A program made the position numbers and the translations under genes. 64,000 nucleotides of DNA, from NCBI GenBank assembly GCA_028866575.1, contig JAGWHU010000001.1, forward strand, positions 197 to 64,196, read 5' to 3'. Shown piece by piece: positions 17,502 through 27,889 of the stretch. The DNA comes from Candidatus Micrarchaeota archaeon (GTDB lineage: Archaea; Micrarchaeota; Micrarchaeia; Micrarchaeales; Micrarchaeaceae). A model generated the notes under the pieces. The model was given only the letters and a program-made list of their open reading frames with translations, searched no databases and had not been told where the DNA came from. Numbering within the stretch: position 1 is the first letter of the stretch; each line of letters opens with the position of its first letter.

Positions 17502-18752
17502 TTATATTATGTAGTTGTAAAGCAGATCGTTGTCGGTAATTTGCATGTACGTTATTCCGATCTTGTCCATCCTTGCAAGCAAGGGCTCCAAGTCCTCCTT
17601 TTTTATCAGTTCTATCCCTACAAGGGCTGGGCCGGTTTCCTTTGATGTTTTCTTTATGTACTCGAATCTTGCTATGTCATCGGTAGGTCCTAGTATGCTG
17701 TTAACGAAATTCCTTAGCTGCCCCGGCTTTTGGGCAAATTCTATTATGAAATAATGCTTTAGGCCTTTATGGATAAGGCTTCTTTCCATTACCTCGGGAT
17801 AGCGGAGTATGTCGTTGTTTCCTCCGCTGAGTATGCACACTATGGTCTTGCCTTTTAGTTTGCCTTGCATGTTTTCCAGTACAGAGATGGATAATGCACC
17901 AGCAGGCTCCACAACTATACCTTCGTTCTGGTATAATTCGATCATCGTCGTGCAAACCTTGCCCTCTTCGGCAAGGAATATATTGTCGACTAGCTCGTTT
18001 ACTATCTTGAACGTCTTTTTCCCCGCACTCCTTACCGCGGCGCCGTCTACAAACGTGTCTATTTTTTCCAGCGTGATTGGCTTGCCTTGCCTGATAGATT
18101 CGTACATGCTCGGGGAACCGAAAGGCTCTGCGCCTATAATCCTAGTCCTCTTTGACTTGGCTTTCATGTATGTAGAAACCCCGGATATGAGCCCGCCGCC
18201 ACCTATTGGACACACTATGTAATCCGCTTTTGGCCCGATCTCATCATATATCTCCTTGGCTATTGTACCTTGGCCAGACATTATTTTATAGTCGTCAAAT
18301 GGATGCGCAAATGTTGCACCGACGCTGTTGCAGTATTCCTTTGCAACTTTGTACGTTTCATCGTAATTCTGCCCCACGAGCCTTGTCTCAACCCATTTTC
18401 CGCCGAATGCATTTACCCTGCTGATCTTCTGCAAAGGCGTTGTTATCGGCATGAATACCACCGCCTTTATCTTAAGATGGAATGCACTGAACGCGACACC
18501 TTGTGCATGATTCCCGGCGCTTGCACATACAACCCCGTTTTTCCTTTGTGAAGGAGACAACGAGCTCATTAGGTTGTATGCGCCCCTTATTTTGTAGGAT
18601 CTTACTTCTTGAAGGTCCTCCCTCTTCAGGTAGATTTTGGCACCATACTCCCTTGACAGTCTTTCCGAGAACCACAATGGAATTCGGGATACCACTCCGT
18701 TTACCCTCGCCGCTGCATCATCTATGCTTTTAACGCTTATTTCGTCTGCCAT
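17502..18752 (-). CDS. ilvA: threonine dehydratase (biosynthetic, with C-terminal regulatory domain)
   Basis: 416 aa. PLP-Lys region KREDLQEVRSYKIRGAYN. Gly-rich PLP-binding loop GGGGLISG. Confidence 0.8.
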   Translation of the reverse strand: MADEISVKSIDDAAARVNGVVSRIPLWFSERLSREYGAKIYLKREDLQEVRSYKIRGAYNLMSSLSPSQRKNGVVCASAGNHAQGVAFSAFHLKIKAVVFMPITTPLQKISRVNAFGGKWVETRLVGQNYDETYKVAKEYCNSVGATFAHPFDDYKIMSGQGTIAKEIYDEIGPKADYIVCPIGGGGLISGVSTYMKAKSKRTRIIGAEPFGSPSMYESIRQGKPITLEKIDTFVDGAAVRSAGKKTFKIVNELVDNIFLAEEGKVCTTMIELYQNEGIVVEPAGALSISVLENMQGKLKGKTIVCILSGGNNDILRYPEVMERSLIHKGLKHYFIIEFAQKPGQLRNFVNSILGPTDDIARFEYIKKTSKETGPALVGIELIKKEDLEPLLARMDKIGITYMQITDNDLLYNYII

Positions 18753-18756
18753 AAGC

Positions 18757-19143
18757 TCAATCCAAATAGGCTGTGCATGAAATTTCTACCTTTGCGCCCT
18801 TTGGCAGTGCTGAAACCCCTGCAGTTTGCCTTGCAGGCTGTGGATCCGTATTGAAATACTTGGAGTAGACATCGTTGAATTTCTTGTAATCATTGATATC
18901 AGAAAGGTATATTTCGGTCTTTACAACGTCTTCTAGCCCTGCACCTGCCTCAGAAAGGATTGCAGTGATATTTTTCATCGTTTGGTCCGTTTCATTTTCC
19001 ACGCCGCCTTCCACAAGGGTCCCTGTCTTTGGGTTTATCCCTATTTGGCCGGAGCAGAGAACGAATTTGCCTGCAAGTATAGCTTGCGAATACGGGCCTA
19101 CGGGTTTCGGCGCATCTGCTGCGGTTATTTTTTTAATATCCAT
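18757..19143 (-). CDS. ridA: RidA/YjgF-family reactive-intermediate deaminase
   Basis: 128 aa. GPYSQA… N-terminal motif and PARQTAGVSALPKGAKVEI C-terminal motif. Immediately downstream of ilvA. Confidence 0.8.
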   Translation of the reverse strand: MDIKKITAADAPKPVGPYSQAILAGKFVLCSGQIGINPKTGTLVEGGVENETDQTMKNITAILSEAGAGLEDVVKTEIYLSDINDYKKFNDVYSKYFNTDPQPARQTAGVSALPKGAKVEISCTAYLD

Positions 19144-19211
19144 AGCATCACCATAACATTAGCCGATAAAGTTAATTGGACGGTTAGTTATTTAATTCCA
19201 GCCTGCAACGC

Positions 19212-19940
19212 CTAGGCAGTGTCTGCTTCTTTTTTCCTTGTACTGCTAAAGAGCATTCCCGCCCCGGCCCCAAACACCCATGAACCGTAAAGAACCGAAG
19301 ATAGGGTCTCTTTTATGGCTATTCCAGGGTATACTCTTGTTGAAAGTATTGCCAGCGATGCAAGCCCTGCAGACACGGTAACAGCGCCTATGGCTTTCTT
19401 GTACCCGTCTTTCAAAAAACCGGTGCCGAGGATTATAAGCGATGCGGATGTTGCGGCGAAGTATCCTGTTGCCGCAGGCACATGCATGAATGACAAGTCG
19501 CCATGGGATATGCTAACGGCAGCAAGAGATGCACCACCTATTCCCAAAAGTATGGCCCCTGCCCTCAACGTGTTGGAATCTGAGTATTTCTTGCCAAGTC
19601 CATAGGCAGATGCTGATGTGAGGATCCCGGAAGCAAACAGGCCTGCGGTTAGCACCCCGTCAGCCCTTGTGCTGAAAAAATCGCTTACGGCCTGGGTTTT
19701 CCATGAGAAGCCGGCATAATTCCTTGTTGCTACGTAAAGCGAAACCCACCCTATTGCAGGGCCCAACATGCCCGCCATCCCGTAAAATTTTTTTACGTGG
19801 CCGGATTTATCTTCGATGCAGCTATCAGTACTCTTATTTTCTTTTCTGATTAAGTCTGAAACATGTGTTTTGTTCCGGAGAGCTATCGTATCCTTGTGGC
19901 TCGATACATCGTATGGTTTAGTAGCCATGATAAACCCCAC
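19212..19940 (-). CDS. membrane protein (possibly DUF998-like)
   Basis: 242 aa. About 60-aa soluble N-terminus then about 6 TM. Confidence 0.4.
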   Translation of the reverse strand: MGFIMATKPYDVSSHKDTIALRNKTHVSDLIRKENKSTDSCIEDKSGHVKKFYGMAGMLGPAIGWVSLYVATRNYAGFSWKTQAVSDFFSTRADGVLTAGLFASGILTSASAYGLGKKYSDSNTLRAGAILLGIGGASLAAVSISHGDLSFMHVPAATGYFAATSASLIILGTGFLKDGYKKAIGAVTVSAGLASLAILSTRVYPGIAIKETLSSVLYGSWVFGAGAGMLFSSTRKKEADTA

Positions 19941-19959
19941 ATGGTTCCTTTATTCCAAA

Positions 19960-20277
19960 TCACTTCCGTGCCCCTTTCTTCGCGCCTGTCCAATTGTATA
20001 TCAAGGCTATCAAAGCACCGGCTACGGCACCGTCAAAGAAAGCCTCTATGCCACCTATTATGCCGCTGACGAGTCCGGAGCCATACCCAGGATATACGGT
20101 GGAGAAAACCTGTACAAAGCCGGAAGCCCAGAATGGGGATACGAGTCCAGCAACAAGGACGCACAGCGCCCAGGGTATTCCAATACCAAGAGCTAGTCCT
20201 TTCACGCTCAATTTATCCATGCTTGTCACAACTGGATATATGATTAAACGTTTATATATGTAACGATGCCATGGCAT
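19960..20277 (-). CDS. small Gly-rich membrane protein
   Basis: 105 aa. Three hydrophobic Gly-rich segments. Confidence 0.4.
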   Translation of the reverse strand: MPWHRYIYKRLIIYPVVTSMDKLSVKGLALGIGIPWALCVLVAGLVSPFWASGFVQVFSTVYPGYGSGLVSGIIGGIEAFFDGAVAGALIALIYNWTGAKKGARK

Positions 20278-20282
20278 AAGCT

Positions 20283-20419
20283 TGGGGTCGCTGGGATTTG
20301 AACCCAGATTTGCAGGTTACTTCATATTTTTCTGTATTCCAGATCTTAATCATCGCGTTTGCTCAATATACATATAAACATCTGGAGCCTGCCGCGCTGC
20401 CAAGTTACGCTACAACCCC
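20283..20419 (-). tRNA. tRNA-Trp (anticodon CCA) with a ~63-nt intron at the canonical 37/38 position
   Basis: Acceptor GGGGTTG/CGACCCC. D-arm GCGT-loop-GCGC. Anticodon stem GCAGG/CCTGC with loop CTCCAGA interrupted by the intron. T-arm CTGGG-TTCAAAT-CCCAG. Confidence 0.7.
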
Positions 20420-20492
20420 TCACGCTATAATTTGTTAAAGACATAAATATATTGCTATCTAATCCATATCATATTAATTATCAGGTAGTGGG

Positions 20493-21284
20493 ATGAAAAA
20501 GGAATACTTGATTTACATAATAGTCGGGGTTATAGTCGTAATAGGGATAGCGGCATATGTGCTGCTCAGGTCTTCTGGGTGCAGCGCTTGCGGGAAGCAG
20601 GTAAGCGGATCCTACATCCAGGGAATGTACAATATAGCCAATAATTATACGCTTGCGGACAACATAGGCACAGGAGCCATAGTCCCAGGACCGCAGGCAA
20701 ACCTGCCCAAGCACGTAAATGCAACACCGCTAACCTCAAACGGAAAGCCGGAGATACTCTACGTAGGAGGGGACTACTGCCCGTATTGCGCAATCACAAG
20801 GTGGGGACTCATACTTGCGCTTATGAGGTTCGGCAACTTCACAAGCCTGAACTACATGGAGTCTACGAGCAGGGACATATATCCGAATACCGCGACATTC
20901 TCGTTCTCTGGTTACGGATACAGCAGCAGCCTTGTCAGCTTTGATGCTTTCGAATTATATGACAGGAATGAACAGAACATAACGTCAGTGAATTTCACCC
21001 AGAAAGACCAGTTCCTTTTGGCTAGATATTCAGGGGGCGGGATACCCTTCATCGATTTTGCAAATAGCACAGTGCAGAGCGGCTCAGTGATAAGCCCGCA
21101 GATAATCCAAGGAGAGGACTGGAGCCAGGTGCTTGCGGATCTTTCGAACCAGAATTCCGTAGTCGCGCAGGAGATAATAGGAAATGCAAACATATTCACG
21201 GCATATATATGTGCGAGCAACCAGACGCTAAATTCAACGGCATATGCGTGCAAGCAGCCTTATGTAAGGAAGGTACTGGGCTGA
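20493..21284 (+). CDS. membrane-anchored thioredoxin-fold protein with CPYC motif (DUF929-like)
   Basis: 263 aa. N-terminal TM. GGDYCPYCAITRWGL redox-type CxxC. Family assignment from memory of DUF929. Confidence 0.45.
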   Translation: MKKEYLIYIIVGVIVVIGIAAYVLLRSSGCSACGKQVSGSYIQGMYNIANNYTLADNIGTGAIVPGPQANLPKHVNATPLTSNGKPEILYVGGDYCPYCAITRWGLILALMRFGNFTSLNYMESTSRDIYPNTATFSFSGYGYSSSLVSFDAFELYDRNEQNITSVNFTQKDQFLLARYSGGGIPFIDFANSTVQSGSVISPQIIQGEDWSQVLADLSNQNSVVAQEIIGNANIFTAYICASNQTLNSTAYACKQPYVRKVLG

Positions 21285-21293
21285 TTTGCCAGC

Positions 21294-22718
21294 TCAGTTA
21301 TGCATTGAGCTGACCATTGACAGGGCTATGCTCCTGTTGCTGTCTATCACGTTCGAGCTTTCATTGGGATCTTTCTTTATGTCGTATAGTTCGTCCTTTT
21401 TTCTCCCGAAATAGTGGATCAGCTTCATTCTGCCGCTGTAAACCGCAGTTACTTTGTTGTTGTAATGCCGCTTGGCCTTCAGTATGCCTGCCGCGCTCTT
21501 CGATCTTGGGGACAGCATCCTGAGAAGCTTCTCGTCCCAGCCTTCGCTTATACCAGTATGCTCGCAAAAGACATACCTGTCCTTCCTTAGGTTACCGTTA
21601 AGGTAATCATACCTTCCCGATGCAAGGTTTAGTATTGAGTTGTGCAGGGCCGATATCGAAACAGGAGTATCGACGCTGTCCTTCATGCGGATAAGCTTGC
21701 CGTTTTCATAGTTTGCGGCTATCAATGGCACCCTTGAAACGCTCTCGTATGGCGGCAGCGAATGATAGAGCATGTTGTGCTCCCCGAAGAACTGTCCGTG
21801 GTCCGAAGTTATTATTATGGTTGCGTTATCCAGGATTCCCTTCTCCTTGAGCATTGATATGGTTGCATTCACTTTCCTGTCAAGGTACTTCAGCCTTTTG
21901 AGGTAGGCAATGTGGAGCTGGTGCATGTTGTAATCGCTCATCTCTTCGAGGCCGCTAAGGTATAGCCACTTGTCCTGGGGCACCTTCATGTCATTCACAG
22001 GATAGTTTTCGTGAGCCTCCATGTAGTTTATGAACATGAATTGCGGCTTGTAGTTGTAGTTGTACGTGAAATGCTCCTCCAGCAGTTTTATCGTGTCGTT
22101 TGCCCCCCTGTCCATCATGTAGGTCCCGTCTACTTTGGAAGCCGAGGTGGCCATCTTCTTTCTTAGCCTGATGTATACCTTGTCCATCATTTCGCTTGGC
22201 ATCCACCTCGTCGCTGCATATCCCATGTCCATCATCCTCGCAAACGAGCTTGCCCCGCCGTCAAGTATGAAGTTGAACCTTTTTGCGAATGACCTGTTGT
22301 ATTTTACGTTCGATGACAGCCATATGTCGTGTATTCTATCGAATCCCAATGCAAGGTTCGTGTAGCTGGTGAGGAACGGGTTGTTTGACAATAGAACGGA
22401 CTGGTAGCCGTAAACAGATACCTTTTTTGCAATGGTCTCCGTGTTCTCACCAAGGAACTTTGTCTTGACCATCCATGGCTCCATCTTGTACGTGCCGTTG
22501 CTGAGGAAGTTCTTTGACACATGCCTTATCTTTGATACCCTCCTGTCGGTAAATAGCGCTGCGTGTGCTGGCGCCGTCCACGTACCTGGCGAAACGGCGC
22601 ACTCGTACTTCGTTGCGTTCCTTGAAATGCCATCCAGCGTACCCAGGGAGCTGTTTCCGTATATGTCGCTAGCCCTTGCAGTATCCATTAGTATTACAAT
22701 TACGTTCTTTTTCATCAT
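21294..22718 (-). CDS. sulfatase/alkaline-phosphatase-superfamily hydrolase
   Basis: 474 aa. N-terminal VIVILMDTARASD metal-site motif. TSDHGQFFGEHN C-terminal motif typical of sulfatase-family enzymes. Confidence 0.55.
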   Translation of the reverse strand: MMKKNVIVILMDTARASDIYGNSSLGTLDGISRNATKYECAVSPGTWTAPAHAALFTDRRVSKIRHVSKNFLSNGTYKMEPWMVKTKFLGENTETIAKKVSVYGYQSVLLSNNPFLTSYTNLALGFDRIHDIWLSSNVKYNRSFAKRFNFILDGGASSFARMMDMGYAATRWMPSEMMDKVYIRLRKKMATSASKVDGTYMMDRGANDTIKLLEEHFTYNYNYKPQFMFINYMEAHENYPVNDMKVPQDKWLYLSGLEEMSDYNMHQLHIAYLKRLKYLDRKVNATISMLKEKGILDNATIIITSDHGQFFGEHNMLYHSLPPYESVSRVPLIAANYENGKLIRMKDSVDTPVSISALHNSILNLASGRYDYLNGNLRKDRYVFCEHTGISEGWDEKLLRMLSPRSKSAAGILKAKRHYNNKVTAVYSGRMKLIHYFGRKKDELYDIKKDPNESSNVIDSNRSIALSMVSSMHN

Positions 22719-22898
22719 TACACGCGCATTACTAATCCTGAAACCATATATATACGTTGTCTTGAAACGGTTTCAGCATATTCAATTGCTATCATTTTAT
22801 TTAAGCCTTGCTTATACATTTAAAGTATTGCCGTCCAATACTATATTTCATCCCTTATGCATTTGCTTTTGGATAAGGTTGCTTATCGGTGATTATTC

Positions 22899-24062
22899 TT
22901 GGATATATGCGTTCTCAATCCGTTCTTTTACCCTTACAAGGGAGGTACTGAAAAGGTACTGCTTGAGGTATACAGGAGGCTCGCCAAAAGGCACAACATA
23001 ACTGTAATAACTTCTGCACCGTTGGATAACAACAGGCATTCGGTGGAGGAGGTCTTTGGGATAAGGGTGGTTCGCTTGAGGACTTTCCAGGAGCATGTGC
23101 CGATATTCCCCATGCCTTTCCTCTTTTTTGACGGCCTCAAAAGGGCGCTGGAACGGGAGAGGGGCGACATATACCACATAAACAATAGGTACCAGTTCTT
23201 TGAAGACAGCGTAAAGGTGATAAAGGGAATGGACAGGAAGATAGCCCTTACGATACACAACGCGCTCCCGAAGAACATAGACCCGCTGACCGACGAGCTC
23301 GGTGAATTTTACGACAGGATCTGGGGAAGGAAGCTGATGCACGCCGCTGACATAATAACAGGGGTTTCGACCAGCACAATAAACACCACGATACCAAGGT
23401 CGGAGCGGCACAAGACGCACCTTGTCTTCAACGGGGTCGATTACAGGAGGTTCAGAAGGCTTGGCAAGCGCAATGAAAGTGTTGCAAGGATATCGAAAAG
23501 GATGGGATTTGGCGCGGATAGCACGAATATACTCTGCAATGGAAGGCTGGTAACGCAAAAGGGCCAGAAGTACCTTTTGCACGCGTTTGCCGAATTGGTG
23601 ACCAGGGACCACGAAGACCTGAACATGCTCATCATCGGGAAGGGCCCTTTGAGGAGGCAGCTCTACAGCATGGCAAAGAAAATGGGTGTCGAAAGAAGGT
23701 TCAGGATAACATATGGAATAGATGACGACAATTTGCCCTACTACTATAACGCATGCGACATATTCTCGCTTCCCTCGCTGTACGAGCCTGCCGGGCTTGC
23801 GCTTCTGGAGGCGCTATCGTGCGAATTGCCTTCAGTCATATCAAGAATAGGAGGCATGCCGGAGATCGCAGGAAATTGCGGTATATACGCGAAACCAGGA
23901 GATCATCGTAGCATCAAAAAGATGGTAAAATACGTGCTGGAAAACGGTGATGATGCCTCAAAATTGGCAAGCAAGGGAAGGAAGCGCATCATAAAGTACC
24001 ACGACTGGGACAATATATCCAAGCAGTATGAGGGACTTTTCCTTGGTTGCCTTAGGAGATAA
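22899..24062 (+). CDS. glycosyltransferase family 4 (GT-B fold)
   Basis: 387 aa. C-terminal FSLPSLYEPAGLALLEALSCELPVISRIGG (E-x7-E type motif). Confidence 0.7.
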   Translation: MDICVLNPFFYPYKGGTEKVLLEVYRRLAKRHNITVITSAPLDNNRHSVEEVFGIRVVRLRTFQEHVPIFPMPFLFFDGLKRALERERGDIYHINNRYQFFEDSVKVIKGMDRKIALTIHNALPKNIDPLTDELGEFYDRIWGRKLMHAADIITGVSTSTINTTIPRSERHKTHLVFNGVDYRRFRRLGKRNESVARISKRMGFGADSTNILCNGRLVTQKGQKYLLHAFAELVTRDHEDLNMLIIGKGPLRRQLYSMAKKMGVERRFRITYGIDDDNLPYYYNACDIFSLPSLYEPAGLALLEALSCELPSVISRIGGMPEIAGNCGIYAKPGDHRSIKKMVKYVLENGDDASKLASKGRKRIIKYHDWDNISKQYEGLFLGCLRR

Positions 24063-24091
24063 AGCCAAAAAAAGAAGCAATCCCGAATGAT

Positions 24092-24454
24092 TTATTCTTC
24101 GGGCTCGTCCATTTCCTCCTCCGACTCGCTGTATTCGGACTCCTCCGAGCCGCCGCCGGATCCCTTCTCGACTACGGTTATCTTGCCGAACTTGCCTGAA
24201 GCAAGCTGCGGCGTGCCCCTGAACTCGTTCACGTACCCATTGGTAACTTCTATCGTGTCCCCTACGTCCACGGTGCTTATATCATTGCCCCATAATGACA
24301 TTGCTATAGAGCCGGTGTCGTCCTGAAGCGTTATGTTTGCAACGCTGAGCCTCTTGCCATACTTTGTCACTACCTCCCTGGGGGAGTCCTTCTGTGTTAC
24401 CTTTGCCTGAATAGTAACATTGCTGGCACCGACTTTCAAATCACTTATCTTCAT
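24092..24454 (-). CDS. OB-fold ssDNA-binding protein (SSB/RPA-like) with acidic C-terminal tail
   Basis: 120 aa. OB-fold pattern. C-terminal GSGGGSEESEYSESEEEMDEPEE. Confidence 0.55.
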   Translation of the reverse strand: MKISDLKVGASNVTIQAKVTQKDSPREVVTKYGKRLSVANITLQDDTGSIAMSLWGNDISTVDVGDTIEVTNGYVNEFRGTPQLASGKFGKITVVEKGSGGGSEESEYSESEEEMDEPEE

Positions 24455-24559
24455 TTTCTCGCCTTACAAATAGATTTTTCACTACAGGTTATTTTATGAT
24501 TAGAAAGCTATTTAACACTATTTCTTTTTGGCGGGAGCTATTTTTCAGCATAATTACCA

Positions 24560-25426
24560 ATGAAAATGAAATGTAATATAAATTTGAAACAACAATGGTA
24601 TGAGCATATGGAAGAAACAGGCAATGCAGAAAGGCCCGTTGGGATGCACCCGTCCTTCGTAGGGGTAATAAGGCAAAAGGAGAGGCTGAAGGAGAAGCTT
24701 TCCAACATATCCCACAAGATAGGAGTCTATAGCGCCAAGGGGGGCGTAGGCAAGACCACGGTTGCCGTAAACATAGCGTATACGCTTGCCGAGATGGGCT
24801 TCAGGGTGGGACTCCTGGATGCTGATATAGACACGCCGAACGTGGCCCTTTTCGTGGGCTCGGAGGACAAGTTCGACACCTCCAAGATGCCGCTCAAGCC
24901 TGTTGAGAAATATGGAGTAAAGATAGCGTCGACATCCATGCTGGCCACAAATCCAGAAAGGCCCATAATATGGAGGGGACCGATGATGGTCAAGATGCTT
25001 GGCGAATTCTTCGAGAATACAGACTGGGGTAACCTCGACTACCTGATATTGGACCTTCCCCCTGGGTCAAGCGACACCCCATTGACAATAATGCAGGTCC
25101 TGGATCTTGACGGCTTCGTCATAGTGACTACCCCGCAAAGGATAGCTTCGATAAATTCGATAAGATCTGGCATTATGGCGAAGAAGCTCAACATCGCGAT
25201 ATTGGGCGTTGTGGAGAACATGTCAGACGGCAGCGAAAGCAAGAGCACAAGGGACGTGATCAGCGCCCTTGATACCGGGCTTCTCGGGGTCGTAAAACTT
25301 GATGGCAGGTTCAATTCCTACAGCGATACCGGGAAGGTTCCAGTTCTCGAGGACGATGAGATATACAAGACGTTCGAGGGAATAGTGATAAAACTTCCCG
25401 GAAGCTTTGATGGGAAAGGGCCGTAG
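24560..25426 (+). CDS. Mrp/NBP35-family Fe-S cluster carrier ATPase (ApbC)
   Basis: P-loop SAKGGVGKTT. A-type motif. True start may be an internal Met (MHPSF…). Confidence 0.75.
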   Translation: MKMKCNINLKQQWYEHMEETGNAERPVGMHPSFVGVIRQKERLKEKLSNISHKIGVYSAKGGVGKTTVAVNIAYTLAEMGFRVGLLDADIDTPNVALFVGSEDKFDTSKMPLKPVEKYGVKIASTSMLATNPERPIIWRGPMMVKMLGEFFENTDWGNLDYLILDLPPGSSDTPLTIMQVLDLDGFVIVTTPQRIASINSIRSGIMAKKLNIAILGVVENMSDGSESKSTRDVISALDTGLLGVVKLDGRFNSYSDTGKVPVLEDDEIYKTFEGIVIKLPGSFDGKGP

Positions 25427-25433
25427 CAGTATG

Positions 25434-26033
25434 TTATTTCCTTAGTATTTTCTGCGCCGGCTTTTTGCAGTATGCGTACAGCTTACCGTTGGTGTATGCG
25501 GCAACGCCGTAGCCCATGCAGGTGGCCTCAAAGCGCTCGTTTATGCCCCTTTCCCTGCTTTTCCTGTCCTTGAAGTCATGGTCGCCCACCAGTATTAGCC
25601 CTGCCTTCAAGGTCGTTGCAGCTATAAGGTCAGTGATCACGTCCTTGCTTGCGCCGCTTACGGAAGTCCTGACAGTGTATGAAACGATGCCCATGGCCCT
25701 GTCGAACGAATCCACTATTCGCAGATCCGCTGCAGCCCCCCTCAGCGCCACTGCCGTTGATACCCATGAAACGCCCCTTACTTCTGCCGCGGAGCGCGCC
25801 GCGGTCCTCGCCTTCTCTACGGTATCTTCCTGGAAAATAACCCATTTTTGGCTTGGCTTGTCCGCGGGGTTTGGCCTAAGGAAGCTTATATGGCCTATGC
25901 TTGAGACAAAATCCCTGAATTCATCGAAGCTTTTTTGAGGCAGCTTCCTCTTGAGCAGGTCCATCATATCTGCGTCTGGTCTATTGCTTTCGTTGTACTT
26001 TTCAGCCATTTTACCACATTTTTGATTATGCAT
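25434..26033 (-). CDS. hypothetical protein (199 aa)
   Basis: ORF with good coding statistics. No motif I can assign. Confidence 0.4.
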   Translation of the reverse strand: MHNQKCGKMAEKYNESNRPDADMMDLLKRKLPQKSFDEFRDFVSSIGHISFLRPNPADKPSQKWVIFQEDTVEKARTAARSAAEVRGVSWVSTAVALRGAAADLRIVDSFDRAMGIVSYTVRTSVSGASKDVITDLIAATTLKAGLILVGDHDFKDRKSRERGINERFEATCMGYGVAAYTNGKLYAYCKKPAQKILRK

Positions 26034-26184
26034 CCAATATATTTATACCAGTGCGGTGCCGCTTTATCGGAGCAATATATATAAATGTTTAACCCCAATA
26101 ATTATTGTATAAGATAAGGCTGTGCGCATCTTGCCGGCTATTTTTGAAGTTTTCTTGTTATCTGATAATGCTTACACTCAATAG

Positions 26185-27855
26185 GTGAAATTTATGGCAG
26201 AAAATAATCTAGGCGGACAACAGGTTCTATTGCTTCCCGACGGAGCCACAAGGCTCATAGGCAGGGACGCGCAGAGGACGAACATTGCGGTAGCTGTGGC
26301 CGTTGCAGGCGCAGTAAAGACCACGCTTGGCCCAAAGGGGATGGACAAGATGATGGTGAGCGACCTCGGGGACGTGGTGATAACGAATGACGGCGCAACG
26401 ATACTTGAGGAAATGAACGTGGAGCACCCCGTTGCGAAGATAATGGTTAACATAGCAAAGACGCAGGACAAGGAGGTAGGCGACGGGACAACCAGCGTGG
26501 TAATACTTGCAGGAGAGCTACTGAAAGGCGCAGGGGACCTTCTTGAGCAGGGTATACATCCCACTACGATAATACGCGGATACAAGATGGCCGCAAGCAA
26601 GGCAAACGACCTGCTTTTGAGCCGCGCCAGGAGCGTGGATCTGAACGACGACAAGACGTTGGAGAAGATAGCCATGGTATCCATGGGCTCGAAAAACGTA
26701 GGGGACGAAAATACGAAATTGGTGCTCGGGAAGATGATAATAAAGGCGGTAAGGCAGGTAATGGAGAAGAATGCCGAGGGCAAGGTCGTCATAGACCACG
26801 ACTTCATAAAGGTCGAGAAAAAGGCAGGCGGAAGCATAGCTGACACGCAGTTCATAAACGGGGTCCTGATAGACAAGGAGATAGCCCATCCCGGGATGCC
26901 CAAGTCCATGAAGAACGCCAAGATAGCCATACTGGACATAGCGCTTGAAATAGAGAAGACGGAAACGGATGCAAGAATAGAGATAACATCGCCAGACCAG
27001 ATGCAGGCGTTCCTGCAGCAGGAGGAAAGGACGCTGAAGGAAATGGTTGAGAAGATATCGAAGAGCGGGGCCACTGTGGTTTTCACGCAGAAGGGGATAG
27101 ACGACGTGGCGCAGCACTTCCTTGCAAAGGCTGGGATTATAGCGGTCAGGCGCGTCAAGAAGAGCGACATGGAGAAGCTCGGAAGGGCGACCCAGGCTAA
27201 GATAGTCACAAGCCTTGACGATCTAGGCTCCGAGGACCTTGGCTATGCAGGGATAGTGGAGGAGAGGAAGATAAGCGGGGAGCAGATGGTGTTCGTTGAG
27301 AAGTGCAAGGACCCGAAGAGCGTTACGATATTCATAAGGGGAGGCAGCGAGCACGTGGTAGACGAGGCAGAGCGATCGATAACGGACGTGATAGGCGCTG
27401 TGTCAAGCGTGATAGAGGACGGCAAATACGTGATAGGCGGCGGAAGCATAGAGATAGACCTGGCCAACGGGCTCAGGTCATATTCCGGCGATGTAGGAGG
27501 GCGCGAGCAGCTCGCTATACAGAAGTTTGCCGATGCACTCGAAGCGATACCAAAGACGCTGTCCGAAAGCGCAGGAATGGACGCGATAGACACGCTCGTG
27601 CAATTGAGGAGCAAGCACAAGTCAAAGGAAGGCAGCGTATACGGAGTGGACATATTCCGGAATACCGTAGGGGACATGAGCAGGAACGGCGTCTACGAGC
27701 CCCTGAAGATAAAGAGCCAGGCGATTGACAGCGCCAGCGAGGCCGCAGAGATAATCCTAAGGATAGATGACATGATAAGCTCAAAGGGCAAGGCCAGAGG
27801 AGGAGGAATGGGAGGCCCCGGAGGGATGGGCGGCATGGGAGGGGAGATGGACTGA
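26185..27855 (+). CDS. ths: thermosome subunit (group II chaperonin)
   Basis: 556 aa. TTLGPKGMDKM, GDGTTS, VIGGG motifs. C-terminal GGMGGPGGMGGMGG tail. Confidence 0.9.
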   Translation: MKFMAENNLGGQQVLLLPDGATRLIGRDAQRTNIAVAVAVAGAVKTTLGPKGMDKMMVSDLGDVVITNDGATILEEMNVEHPVAKIMVNIAKTQDKEVGDGTTSVVILAGELLKGAGDLLEQGIHPTTIIRGYKMAASKANDLLLSRARSVDLNDDKTLEKIAMVSMGSKNVGDENTKLVLGKMIIKAVRQVMEKNAEGKVVIDHDFIKVEKKAGGSIADTQFINGVLIDKEIAHPGMPKSMKNAKIAILDIALEIEKTETDARIEITSPDQMQAFLQQEERTLKEMVEKISKSGATVVFTQKGIDDVAQHFLAKAGIIAVRRVKKSDMEKLGRATQAKIVTSLDDLGSEDLGYAGIVEERKISGEQMVFVEKCKDPKSVTIFIRGGSEHVVDEAERSITDVIGAVSSVIEDGKYVIGGGSIEIDLANGLRSYSGDVGGREQLAIQKFADALEAIPKTLSESAGMDAIDTLVQLRSKHKSKEGSVYGVDIFRNTVGDMSRNGVYEPLKIKSQAIDSASEAAEIILRIDDMISSKGKARGGGMGGPGGMGGMGGEMD

Positions 27856-27889
27856 TTCCCTCTAAACAATTTGAATGAGTTAGTCTTTC

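Noticed and set aside
27790-27855. Gly-Met repeat at the thermosome C-terminus as a possible anomaly
   Set aside because: GGM-repeat C-terminal tails are a known feature of group II chaperonins.
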